A DNA stretch of 49,403 nt, from the NCBI GenBank assembly GCA_009928855.1, contig SABV01000001.1:1-49403 (forward strand). The letters are read 5' to 3'. This document shows, piece after piece, positions 17,370 through 25,017 of this stretch (position 1 is the first letter of the stretch; each line of letters opens with the position of its first letter). Source of the stretch: Erysipelotrichia bacterium (GTDB lineage: Bacteria; Muiribacteriota; Ozemobacteria; Ozemobacterales; Ozemobacteraceae). Under the pieces are notes generated by a model. It was not told where the DNA came from and did no database searches. It saw only the letters and a list, made by a program, of their open reading frames with translations. Position numbers and translations under genes: made by a program.

Positions 17370-17528
17370 TCAGCTCCCCAGCCTGCATAAGTTTCTATTT
17401 ATGCGGCATTTCAGTGTTTTTAATTTTAAAACAGCAGCTTCATAGCTGGTATTAAGAATGACCGGTTCGCAGGTCTGGTTTATTTTATCTATGCCAAGAC
17501 CCCACGTTGCAACACAAGCAGGCTCCAT
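17370..17528 (-). CDS. Possible small Cys-rich ORF (52 aa) coupled to ortA
   Basis: MEPACVATWGLGIDKINQTCEPVILNTSYEAAVLKLKTLKCRINRNLCRLGS. AAGGAAC lies about 8 nt before the ATG. The TGA stop is 1 nt before the ortA ATG. It falls below the ORF-track length cut-off and I recognise no homology. Confidence 0.3.
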   Translation of the reverse strand: MEPACVATWGLGIDKINQTCEPVILNTSYEAAVLKLKTLKCRINRNLCRLGS

Positions 17529-17636
17529 GTATATAGTTCCTTTCCAGTTGTGACTGTGTTGAAAAGCTTATTTCTCAGCGAGAATAATTATAGCATTATA
17601 GCTTTAAAGAGCAAGTCTAATTAGGGTGCAAAAAAT

Positions 17637-17665
17637 TTGTGGCCAAAAAAACAATGTAATATATT
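17637..17665 (+). promoter_or_regulatory. Candidate sigma70 promoter of the large regulator gene (TTGTGG-17-TATATT)
   Basis: Hexamers lie in the AT-rich divergent intergenic region. Pattern match only. Confidence 0.35.
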
Positions 17666-17796
17666 AGAATCAGTAGTGTCTTTTATAACATGAGGCAGGT
17701 CTTATCATTATCCCTAAGTTTCTCGAAATTATCGAACAACTAGAAGAACTTGTCGAAACCAGCGGGGAATACTTCTCGCATCAGACAGCTCTGTTT

Positions 17797-20454
17797 TTGC
17801 TGGGGTTACAAAACGAACCACCCGCCACCCTGACCATCGTCTCGGGAAGGCGACGCCGCAACAGGGCACTTGGCTCATTTCAACTGACATTTGTCTACCA
17901 TGGCTCGGCATCGGCCGATTACACGCAGATCATAGTGTTCATGGGAAAACGCCTTCGTGTCTCTACCATTGAAAAAACACTTGTGGACCTGACCAAAGAC
18001 TGCGCCTATTCGCCGGGGTTTGAAGCCATAGGGAAACTCTTCTGCGAAACTTCCTACGATATTCGGTCGCTGATCAACATCGCCCGGCAAGCTTCTGACA
18101 GCGTTCTCAAAAGAGTTTCTCTCTATCTCGCCTGGAGCGGAAGAGCCAGATACAGCGAGTTACCATTGAAGCTCTTTAAACGCACTCCGGTAAAGCTGGA
18201 CCCGGCAATAGAAAAAAATCTGATCTGGAACAACCTCTTTTTCTGCAGATTACCGGCTTCTTTACTGCGTCTGCCGCCGGCGCCACCTCCCAATGACGTA
18301 AACACAGAAACACGTCTCTGGATGCAACTGCGGGCTCTTGATGAGTTCTGCGAAAAGCAGGCACTTTCTGGAATGATTTTTATCAGAGAATCGCCAGAAC
18401 CCAGAATAAAAGCAATAATAGAAAACTATTTTATTGAAATATTCAAAAATATCAGCAATGAAAAACTTGAATGGCTTCTAGCTAACAGCTTCAGAAGCGA
18501 CAATGACATAGACATACCGTATCTGATACCAAAACTGCTGATAACTTTTATAACAACCCATACGGATGTATTGAATTTTCGCAAAGAAGAAGTCATGATA
18601 TGGATCGAAAAAAACATCGCATCCAACGACCTCGAAAAAGCCGAAGCAGCTATATTTATCGCTATTCTGGCCGGCTATGACGATAACGCCGTAATAGCCA
18701 GATTTGAGCAGATCAGCTCAGCTCTTTTCTACGGCGGACATTTTTCGATCATCATTTTTTTTGCCAAAACCTTTCTGCACAGAAACATAAAACTGGCGCA
18801 CAATGTCTACCTGGACATATCCAAAACATATTCGGCCCGAGAGCGTTATGACGAAGCCCTGCAAATGCTGGAAGAAGCCAAATATCGCCATGAAGATGAG
18901 AACGATGGAGTGCCTGGGCAGCTCTACTACGCAACTGCTCTGGTTCTTAAGCGACTTAATCGAGCAGACGAAGCGCTTTCAGAGCTTTTTCTGGCACGTG
19001 AAACTTTTTTATTCAAAAAAGACCTTGATTCCCTTGCCAGAACAGAAAATGCTCTGGGAAACATCTATTTTTCACGTGGGCGGCCTGATTCAGCACGAAC
19101 ACATTATATGGAAGGACTTCATCTGGCTCGTCAAGCAGGCAACAGAGGTCTAATGACCTCCTTTTTGTCTAATCTTGGTCTTGTAGAATATGACTTTGGC
19201 AATTTCAGCAAAGCAAAAGTTCTGCTGGCGCGGGCGTACAACCTTAATAAACTGCAGAAAAATTTTTGGAACGCTTCTGTTACAGGCATGTCTCTGGGAA
19301 AACTTTATTTAAAACTGGGGCATTTTTTCAAGGCCATAAAAATCTTTCGAGAACTTCTGGTGATGCGTGAAGAGAAAAAAAACCCAAGTGGCATATATGA
19401 AATATATTGTCTTCTGGCCTGGATCTGCGAGCTTATAGGCAAAACGGCAACGGCGCGCACCTACTGGGCTAACGCTGAGCAGCTCACAAAGGAGTTACCC
19501 ATGGAGGTCAGAGCTGCCTACGTCGGAGAATCTCTGCAATGCGTAAATCATATCTTTAACAACCGATTTATCGATGCAGAAAATCTTTATAGAAAGATGT
19601 ACAATGAAGCGATTGCGACAAATGCCTCTTCAAGCCAGACAGGCGGATGCCAATACGGGCTGGCCACAGCGCTTCTTTTGCAGAAACGCTACGCAGAGGC
19701 CTTTGAACAGCTGACCGGTGCAAGAAAAAGTTTTGCATACAAAAGCGTGAGGGTTCAAAATCTTTTGGTAGACATTGTTTCATGCCTTTATTTTCCTGAC
19801 TTTTTTACCGACTTAAACCTTGGCAGCCTTCTCGAAAAATTTCTTGCAACCAAATCTTTCGACCCTTTCTGGGGGCATTTTGCCGTCAAGCTTATGGAAA
19901 CAGGCAACGCAGAAGCAGTAGACTACCTTAAATTTCAGATTTCACGCACCCCCCCTTCCATGCTTAAGCTGCTATTGCAAAGGCATGAAGGGCTGGAACA
20001 AATTGTCGAGCAGCTGCAACAACACAGCAGAGCGGGCGATTTTTTTACTATCCTCAGCCGCAATGAAACACGAACAATGCATCGCGATGAATACCTTGCA
20101 TGGCAAAAGACAATCTCACCTCACGAGCTCGTATTCGATGCCCCGGCCGGCCTGATCTGCCATGGAGCAAACAGCGCAAAAATAAAACCAGGGTCGATCC
20201 CGCACAGTGTACTGCTGCAGCTTTTTATCGCACAGCCACACGAAGTGGAGGTTGAGTCACTGTATCAATCAGCATGGGGGATGCCATATGACCCTGAATT
20301 CGACCAGGGCGCCTTTAAGAGCACAATACAAAGACTTAAACTGATTTTAAACAGCATTAGCCCCTCTACGCGCATAGTCAGAAAAAAAGACCCGACAAAT
20401 TTAAAGGCAATAAAGTTATCAATTGCATTGCCATGGAGTCTAGCGTTTAAATAG
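17797..20454 (+). CDS. Multidomain regulator: AbiEi-C-like N-terminal region, TPR array, C-terminal OmpR/PhoB-type winged helix (885 aa from TTG; true start uncertain)
   Basis: The N-terminus (FSHQTALFLLGL..., VSTIEKTLVDLTKD, LKRVSLYLAWSG) resembles AbiEi antitoxin-family domains. The middle holds TPR-like repeats. The C-terminus (SVLLQLFIAQPHEVEVESLYQSAWGMPYDPEFDQGAFKSTIQRLKLIL) fits the Trans_reg_C pattern. No Walker A motif was seen. Confidence 0.7.
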   Translation: MLGLQNEPPATLTIVSGRRRRNRALGSFQLTFVYHGSASADYTQIIVFMGKRLRVSTIEKTLVDLTKDCAYSPGFEAIGKLFCETSYDIRSLINIARQASDSVLKRVSLYLAWSGRARYSELPLKLFKRTPVKLDPAIEKNLIWNNLFFCRLPASLLRLPPAPPPNDVNTETRLWMQLRALDEFCEKQALSGMIFIRESPEPRIKAIIENYFIEIFKNISNEKLEWLLANSFRSDNDIDIPYLIPKLLITFITTHTDVLNFRKEEVMIWIEKNIASNDLEKAEAAIFIAILAGYDDNAVIARFEQISSALFYGGHFSIIIFFAKTFLHRNIKLAHNVYLDISKTYSARERYDEALQMLEEAKYRHEDENDGVPGQLYYATALVLKRLNRADEALSELFLARETFLFKKDLDSLARTENALGNIYFSRGRPDSARTHYMEGLHLARQAGNRGLMTSFLSNLGLVEYDFGNFSKAKVLLARAYNLNKLQKNFWNASVTGMSLGKLYLKLGHFFKAIKIFRELLVMREEKKNPSGIYEIYCLLAWICELIGKTATARTYWANAEQLTKELPMEVRAAYVGESLQCVNHIFNNRFIDAENLYRKMYNEAIATNASSSQTGGCQYGLATALLLQKRYAEAFEQLTGARKSFAYKSVRVQNLLVDIVSCLYFPDFFTDLNLGSLLEKFLATKSFDPFWGHFAVKLMETGNAEAVDYLKFQISRTPPSMLKLLLQRHEGLEQIVEQLQQHSRAGDFFTILSRNETRTMHRDEYLAWQKTISPHELVFDAPAGLICHGANSAKIKPGSIPHSVLLQLFIAQPHEVEVESLYQSAWGMPYDPEFDQGAFKSTIQRLKLILNSISPSTRIVRKKDPTNLKAIKLSIALPWSLAFK

Positions 20455-20588
20455 AGTTTGCATATTTTTTGTCACATCACCCCCAAAAACGCCTTTGCAA
20501 CTCACTGATATAAGGGCACCAGGAAAGCGGCAAATTGTAACTATCCGCATCATTGAAGGAACCCGACAGATGTTGTTATACTTTTGTC

Positions 20589-20625
20589 ATAAGTATGGCT
20601 ATGGCAATAAGTATTCAAGGAGTAT
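20589..20625 (+). promoter_or_regulatory. Direct repeats ATAAGTAT (x2, 18-nt period) plus a third AGTAT, upstream of the 20632 gene
   Basis: ATAAGTAT occurs at 20589-20596 and 20607-20614. AGTAT occurs at 20621-20625, overlapping the RBS AAGGAG. This is a candidate operator or promoter element. Confidence 0.25.
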
Positions 20626-20631
20626 CCAGTA

Positions 20632-21516
20632 ATGAGGAAAAATAGATTTTTACTTACACTTGCGGTCATGTTTCTGCTGACCATCTGCAATCAGGTGATG
20701 GCTTTTGACGGTTTTTTACCCAGTCACCCGCTGTACACAACTCAACAAAAGATTTTTACGGCAATAGCAGACTATTGGCAAGTCCAGGAACTCTTTATAG
20801 CATACACCCAGGACCAGAGCGAAGAAAACGAAAACAACTGGAACAAAGCCATTGAATCACACACTCACAATTGTGTTGAAATAGGCAAAAATGTACTTGT
20901 TTCTGTAAAAGTGAGTCAGTATGAGCAGCTGGAAATGCTCAGTGACATTTACAAGTCGCTGCCTGAAGGCGCCAGAAGCGCCCTTTTCCCAACTTTGGGA
21001 TATATAAAATTCGAAATCACCCACAAAGTGTACAAAAATCTCACCGAAGAAAAATTCCGCGAATACTTTCCGGGCTACGGCTATTCTGAACCGGGTTATA
21101 AATATCGCAAAGGTCGCGAAATGGACCGCGAATACAAAGGTGTTACGTGGCAATCAGAAGAACAATCTATTACAAGCACATTTAACGTAAGCCTTACAAT
21201 ATCAGTAGATCTGCTCTCTATTCTTTCAGGGCTTGCAACTGGCGGAGCCATTAAAAACCTTAAAGTGTCTGAACAGTACACCATGCATGTTGGTGGACAG
21301 CCGCTGCTGGTATGCAATGTTTCGTTTCAGCGCATTAAAGCAATCACTACCAAGACCAATCGCAAATTTGAAATCAATAAAATCTGGTTTGAGCTCTTAC
21401 GCGCCAAATCCTCTTCATGGTCTAACAGTGCAACCTGGGAACCCTGCGGCAAAACCTATGAAATTCTCCAGGAACCAACCGGCGAAGATGTTGTAACCGG
21501 CATAGAATCAAAATAA
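20632..21516 (+). CDS. Secreted protein of unknown function, 294 aa
   Basis: RBS AAGGAG. Signal peptide MRKNRFLLTLAVMFLLTICNQVMA. No family recognised. Confidence 0.8.
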   Translation: MRKNRFLLTLAVMFLLTICNQVMAFDGFLPSHPLYTTQQKIFTAIADYWQVQELFIAYTQDQSEENENNWNKAIESHTHNCVEIGKNVLVSVKVSQYEQLEMLSDIYKSLPEGARSALFPTLGYIKFEITHKVYKNLTEEKFREYFPGYGYSEPGYKYRKGREMDREYKGVTWQSEEQSITSTFNVSLTISVDLLSILSGLATGGAIKNLKVSEQYTMHVGGQPLLVCNVSFQRIKAITTKTNRKFEINKIWFELLRAKSSSWSNSATWEPCGKTYEILQEPTGEDVVTGIESK

Positions 21517-21529
21517 TCAGGAGTAGTTT

Positions 21530-22819
21530 TTGAAAGCTGATAGCAAAGTTACCGCAAAAGTAAAATTATCGGGCCTGCTGTCAACCGTTCTTTTAATGTT
21601 ATTATTCGTAACTCAGCCGGGGGAGGCTATCCCCCGGTTTGTTGCTTTTACGAGACTTCCGACTGCTGAAAACGCCATGTTTTCGGATGATATGCAAACC
21701 GAAAAATATGACCCGCTATCAATAATCAGGTCTGAAGGGCTCAGACAAGTCTCCCTTCTCCTTGAGCTGTTTCCCGGAGCACGTTCGATTGCTCTTGCCG
21801 GAGGCATTATCGCAGATATCGATGATAAAACAGCCCTCGGGCTTCGCGAACAAACCCCTGATATAATCATTGAAAGTCTTGATTCTTCTCTTTCAACAAT
21901 CAAGACTTATTGGTCTGCCGATACCACCCATCTATCGGGCGAAGCGCCCCCCCCCTGGAACCATACCGTCAGCGGCGTTGATGTTCTCAAAGAGAGCGGT
22001 TTAACTGGGCGTGGCACCCATATCGGAATCATCGCCCGAAATTTTTATTACGAACACACTGCTCTGGCAGGCAAAATCACTAATATAAAACATTTTGGCC
22101 TTGCATCAGAAGCCCGCAACATTAATGATCTGCATCTGGTACATCCCCTTGGCATTCTGGCCGGGCTTGAAGAAGACCGGTATTCAGGCATCGCTCCTGA
22201 AACAGATATATCTCTGGCACTGCTTTCTGGCAAACCGGTTAAAACAGATATGCTCTTGGAAGCTGTCGAATGGATTCTACAGCAAGAGCAACGGCCAGAC
22301 ATCATCTTATTCTGCACAGATTTTTCGACCTCAGCACCGGCAGCCGTGGCCAGAATACTTTTTGCCTGCCGCAATGCAGGCATCATACCGGTTGTCGCAG
22401 CCGGAAACAACCCTAGTCAAATAACCGGCATGGCGGCTCTGCCATGCTGTATAACAGTTGGCGCGGTTGACCGATGGAAGCAACGAGCTCTTTTTTCGGG
22501 CCAGGGGCCCGTAATTTATGAAAATGCGCAAATCTGCAAGCCTGATTTTTGCGAACCGGGGTCTGCCATATCAGGACCCGCCGAAAATAATACATACAAG
22601 CTTGGAAGCGGCACGCTGCAAGCTGCCGCGCATTTTGCCGGGACTTTTCTACTGATGCGTCAGGCAATGCCCACAGTAGACCCCGAATACGTTATTACTG
22701 CGATAAAGGCTACCACCCAAGACCTTGGCGCGCCCGGCATGGATAATGAAACTGGTTTGGGCCTGCCATCGCCGTCAGCGGCTCTTGAATACATAATAAA
22801 CCCGCCAGTTCAAAACTGA
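21530..22819 (+). CDS. S8 subtilase homologue lacking catalytic Asp and Ser (predicted pseudoprotease), 429 aa
   Basis: RBS AGGAG precedes the TTG start, and the N-terminus is hydrophobic. S8 blocks are present: THIGIIARNFYYEHTAL (Asp block with Ala169), HLVHPLGILAG (His block retained), VVAAGNN (oxyanion Asn), and GSGTLQAAAHFAG (Ser block with Leu363). Confidence 0.8.
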   Translation: MKADSKVTAKVKLSGLLSTVLLMLLFVTQPGEAIPRFVAFTRLPTAENAMFSDDMQTEKYDPLSIIRSEGLRQVSLLLELFPGARSIALAGGIIADIDDKTALGLREQTPDIIIESLDSSLSTIKTYWSADTTHLSGEAPPPWNHTVSGVDVLKESGLTGRGTHIGIIARNFYYEHTALAGKITNIKHFGLASEARNINDLHLVHPLGILAGLEEDRYSGIAPETDISLALLSGKPVKTDMLLEAVEWILQQEQRPDIILFCTDFSTSAPAAVARILFACRNAGIIPVVAAGNNPSQITGMAALPCCITVGAVDRWKQRALFSGQGPVIYENAQICKPDFCEPGSAISGPAENNTYKLGSGTLQAAAHFAGTFLLMRQAMPTVDPEYVITAIKATTQDLGAPGMDNETGLGLPSPSAALEYIINPPVQN

Positions 22820-22857
22820 CGGGCTTTTGATTACACACAGAATAGAAAGTGCTTTTT

Positions 22858-24843
22858 TTACGCCGGTTCTTCTGTTACTACGCGGTTTCCGCCAGCCTTT
22901 TGCGCTTCACAGAGAGTTCTTTCGGCTGATTCTATAAGCTGACCAATATTCATGCTGACCTTGAACTGAGAAATAGCAATGCTCAAGGTAATTCTTTCTT
23001 CAATATCGTGGTGCTTGATAGTGATGCCGTTCATATTTTCGAGAATTTTGTCGGCAACTATTTTAGCGCCATCGACGCCGGTATCGGGCAAAATAATAGA
23101 AAACTTATCGCCTTCATAACGACACGGAAGGTCATTAAATCTGATGATTCGCTTTATCGCAGATCCGACTTTAACCAGCACGGTATCTTTAAAACCAGCT
23201 CCGTGTTTATCAAGAAGCGACTCTATATTGTCAACGCCTGCCATCATAACGGTAAGCGATGATTTCACACGGCGAAGCCGTGATATTTCTTGAGAAAGCC
23301 TCATCTTGAAATAGTGATTGGTGTACAATCGGGTCAAGCCATCTGTGATTCCGCGCTTATAAAGATTCGCATTTTTAATGGCGATGCCCAGCTGGCTGCA
23401 CAACAACTGAGCCAGATCAAAATCGCGCTGGGTTATTTTGCCGTTTCCATCTTTGTCTGAGAGGTTAACGAGAGCGAGAACTTCTTCCTGGACAACAATC
23501 GGAATAACCGCAAAAGCGTCGGAGGCATAATTGCGTGATCTGGTAAAGGCAAAGCGCTCTTCGCATTTAACATCGGGCACGTAGAGCGGCTCCATTTTAT
23601 GAATAACATGCTGTGAAACTGGTGAAGACCACAAGTCGAGAGTAGCAGGCAAGCCACGATTATTGTGACAAATATTATAACGATTCTCTGTCGGGTCGAA
23701 TACGGCCATCGAGAATTTTTGAACATTCATGACGCTGCGAAAAATGCCTTCGACAGTAAACGGCAGATTCTCGATTTCGAGCTCAGACGAAATAGCCTCG
23801 CTTGCTTCGCGCACCGAATCAAGTTCTTGAACTCGTCGATCAAGCATTTCGTTAGCATCACGAAGGTTTTGCATTAAACGATATGTATTGATCGCCGAAG
23901 AAATATTGCGAGAAATGGTCGTTAGAAGCTCTTTATCGAGAGTTTCTTCTTCTTCTTTGCGAAAACGACTGCCAAGAATCAACAGCCCCTGATTCAAATC
24001 ATCGGTGCGCAAGACGTATATATGCTCGATTTCACCGTCTTTAAAAGTTTCTTTAAAAGCAGAAATCTCATTTTTAACAATTTCGGTGACTTCACCATCA
24101 TCTTTTATAGCAAGTTTTTCGAAAATTTTCGGTGAAATCTTAACCTGCGGAAGTCGTGCATTGGCACGGAGCTTGATATCTACGAGGCAGTCAAGGCTCT
24201 CATTGGCATTCTCAAACGTATAGATAGCGCCTCTTGAAACACCCATTGTGCCAAGAAGAATGCGCAGCATCGAACGAAGACCAGCCTGAAGATTTTTGCT
24301 CTGACAGAGGAACGAACTCAGATCTATAAAACTTCCAAGAATGTATTTAAGTCGTTCCACTCTTTTGCGCTCACGCATAGTGTCGACTTCAGTGGGAGTC
24401 TCAGTCGTCAGACGCTTTTTTACAAGCTGAATAAGGGTGCCGGAGGGCGGGAAAGAAGTTATTTCGGCGCCATCCATGAGTCTTTCCATGAGCATGAGGC
24501 CCCAACCGCGTTTATGTGAAGATTTGAGCTTCTTGCGGATATCTGGTTTTTCAACGACCGTGGGATCAAAGCCTCGGCCAAAATCACGAATCTGTATCTG
24601 CAACATTTCATCTGCCCAGGTCAGAGCAACATGAATATCGCGGCGGTTACCGTCTGGAACATCTTTCGGGGCGTGTTCTTTCGCGTTTATGAGGCCTTCG
24701 ATAAATGCGAGTCGCATTTCATCAATAGATTCAGAAGCAAAACCGCACTTTTTGGCGAAAGTATCGAGATACTCACAGGCTTCAAGCTCGGAATCCTTTT
24801 CATTGGACAACTTAAAAAACAGGTGTGAAACCATTGACGGCAA
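22858..24843 (-). CDS. RsbW/SpoIIAB-like HATPase domain, GAF region and degenerate GGDEF domain, 661 aa
   Basis: The N-terminus has IQIRDFGRGFDP and KRGWGLMLMERLMD (anti-sigma-type Ser kinase fold). The C-terminal GGDEF fold has DGLTRLYTNHYF and RFNDLPCRYEGDKFSIIL. AAGGAGG lies 5 nt before TTG 24843. Confidence 0.8.
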   Translation of the reverse strand: MPSMVSHLFFKLSNEKDSELEACEYLDTFAKKCGFASESIDEMRLAFIEGLINAKEHAPKDVPDGNRRDIHVALTWADEMLQIQIRDFGRGFDPTVVEKPDIRKKLKSSHKRGWGLMLMERLMDGAEITSFPPSGTLIQLVKKRLTTETPTEVDTMRERKRVERLKYILGSFIDLSSFLCQSKNLQAGLRSMLRILLGTMGVSRGAIYTFENANESLDCLVDIKLRANARLPQVKISPKIFEKLAIKDDGEVTEIVKNEISAFKETFKDGEIEHIYVLRTDDLNQGLLILGSRFRKEEEETLDKELLTTISRNISSAINTYRLMQNLRDANEMLDRRVQELDSVREASEAISSELEIENLPFTVEGIFRSVMNVQKFSMAVFDPTENRYNICHNNRGLPATLDLWSSPVSQHVIHKMEPLYVPDVKCEERFAFTRSRNYASDAFAVIPIVVQEEVLALVNLSDKDGNGKITQRDFDLAQLLCSQLGIAIKNANLYKRGITDGLTRLYTNHYFKMRLSQEISRLRRVKSSLTVMMAGVDNIESLLDKHGAGFKDTVLVKVGSAIKRIIRFNDLPCRYEGDKFSIILPDTGVDGAKIVADKILENMNGITIKHHDIEERITLSIAISQFKVSMNIGQLIESAERTLCEAQKAGGNRVVTEEPA

Positions 24844-25017
24844 AGGAAGCCTCCTTAAATACCTCTTGAAGAGTGAGAGATTAACTATCGAATCCCCTGA
24901 TATTCTATTGCCTCATCACCATTGTGTCAAGAATCATTTCAAACAGCATTGGTTAATCTTTTTTTTATTCTGGCCGATAGAAGCGTTGTCTTAAACAGTT
25001 TTACAGGAGGAAAAATC

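Noticed and set aside
17587-17602. Exact tandem 8-mer ATTATAGC x2 in the divergent ortA/regulator intergenic region
   Set aside because: It is too short, and in AT-rich DNA it cannot be distinguished from chance. There are no further copies nearby.
17690-17743. ATG-initiated 17-codon ORF (MRQVLSLSLSFSKLSNN) as a leader peptide of the regulator
   Set aside because: It has no SD and no recognisable attenuator structure. It is more simply explained as an out-of-frame ATG, as noted in the start-codon finding.
17369-17796. Possible riboswitch or structured leader upstream of ortA, and likewise upstream of the RRM gene at 7092-7300
   Set aside because: I recognised no conserved riboswitch core motifs. 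The regions are AT-rich with only short, unconvincing pairings. A covariance-model scan (Rfam/Infernal) would be needed.
17797-18200. AbiEi-like domain as evidence for an AbiE toxin-antitoxin or abortive-infection defence system
   Set aside because: There is no AbiEii-type nucleotidyltransferase toxin gene adjacent. The domain is fused to TPR and winged-helix regions in an 885-aa protein. The neighbouring genes encode secreted proteins.
17637-22819. Plus-strand island as a mobile element or prophage remnant
   Set aside because: There is no integrase, transposase or recombinase, no flanking direct or inverted repeats, and no adjacent tRNA. No compositional break is obvious by eye.
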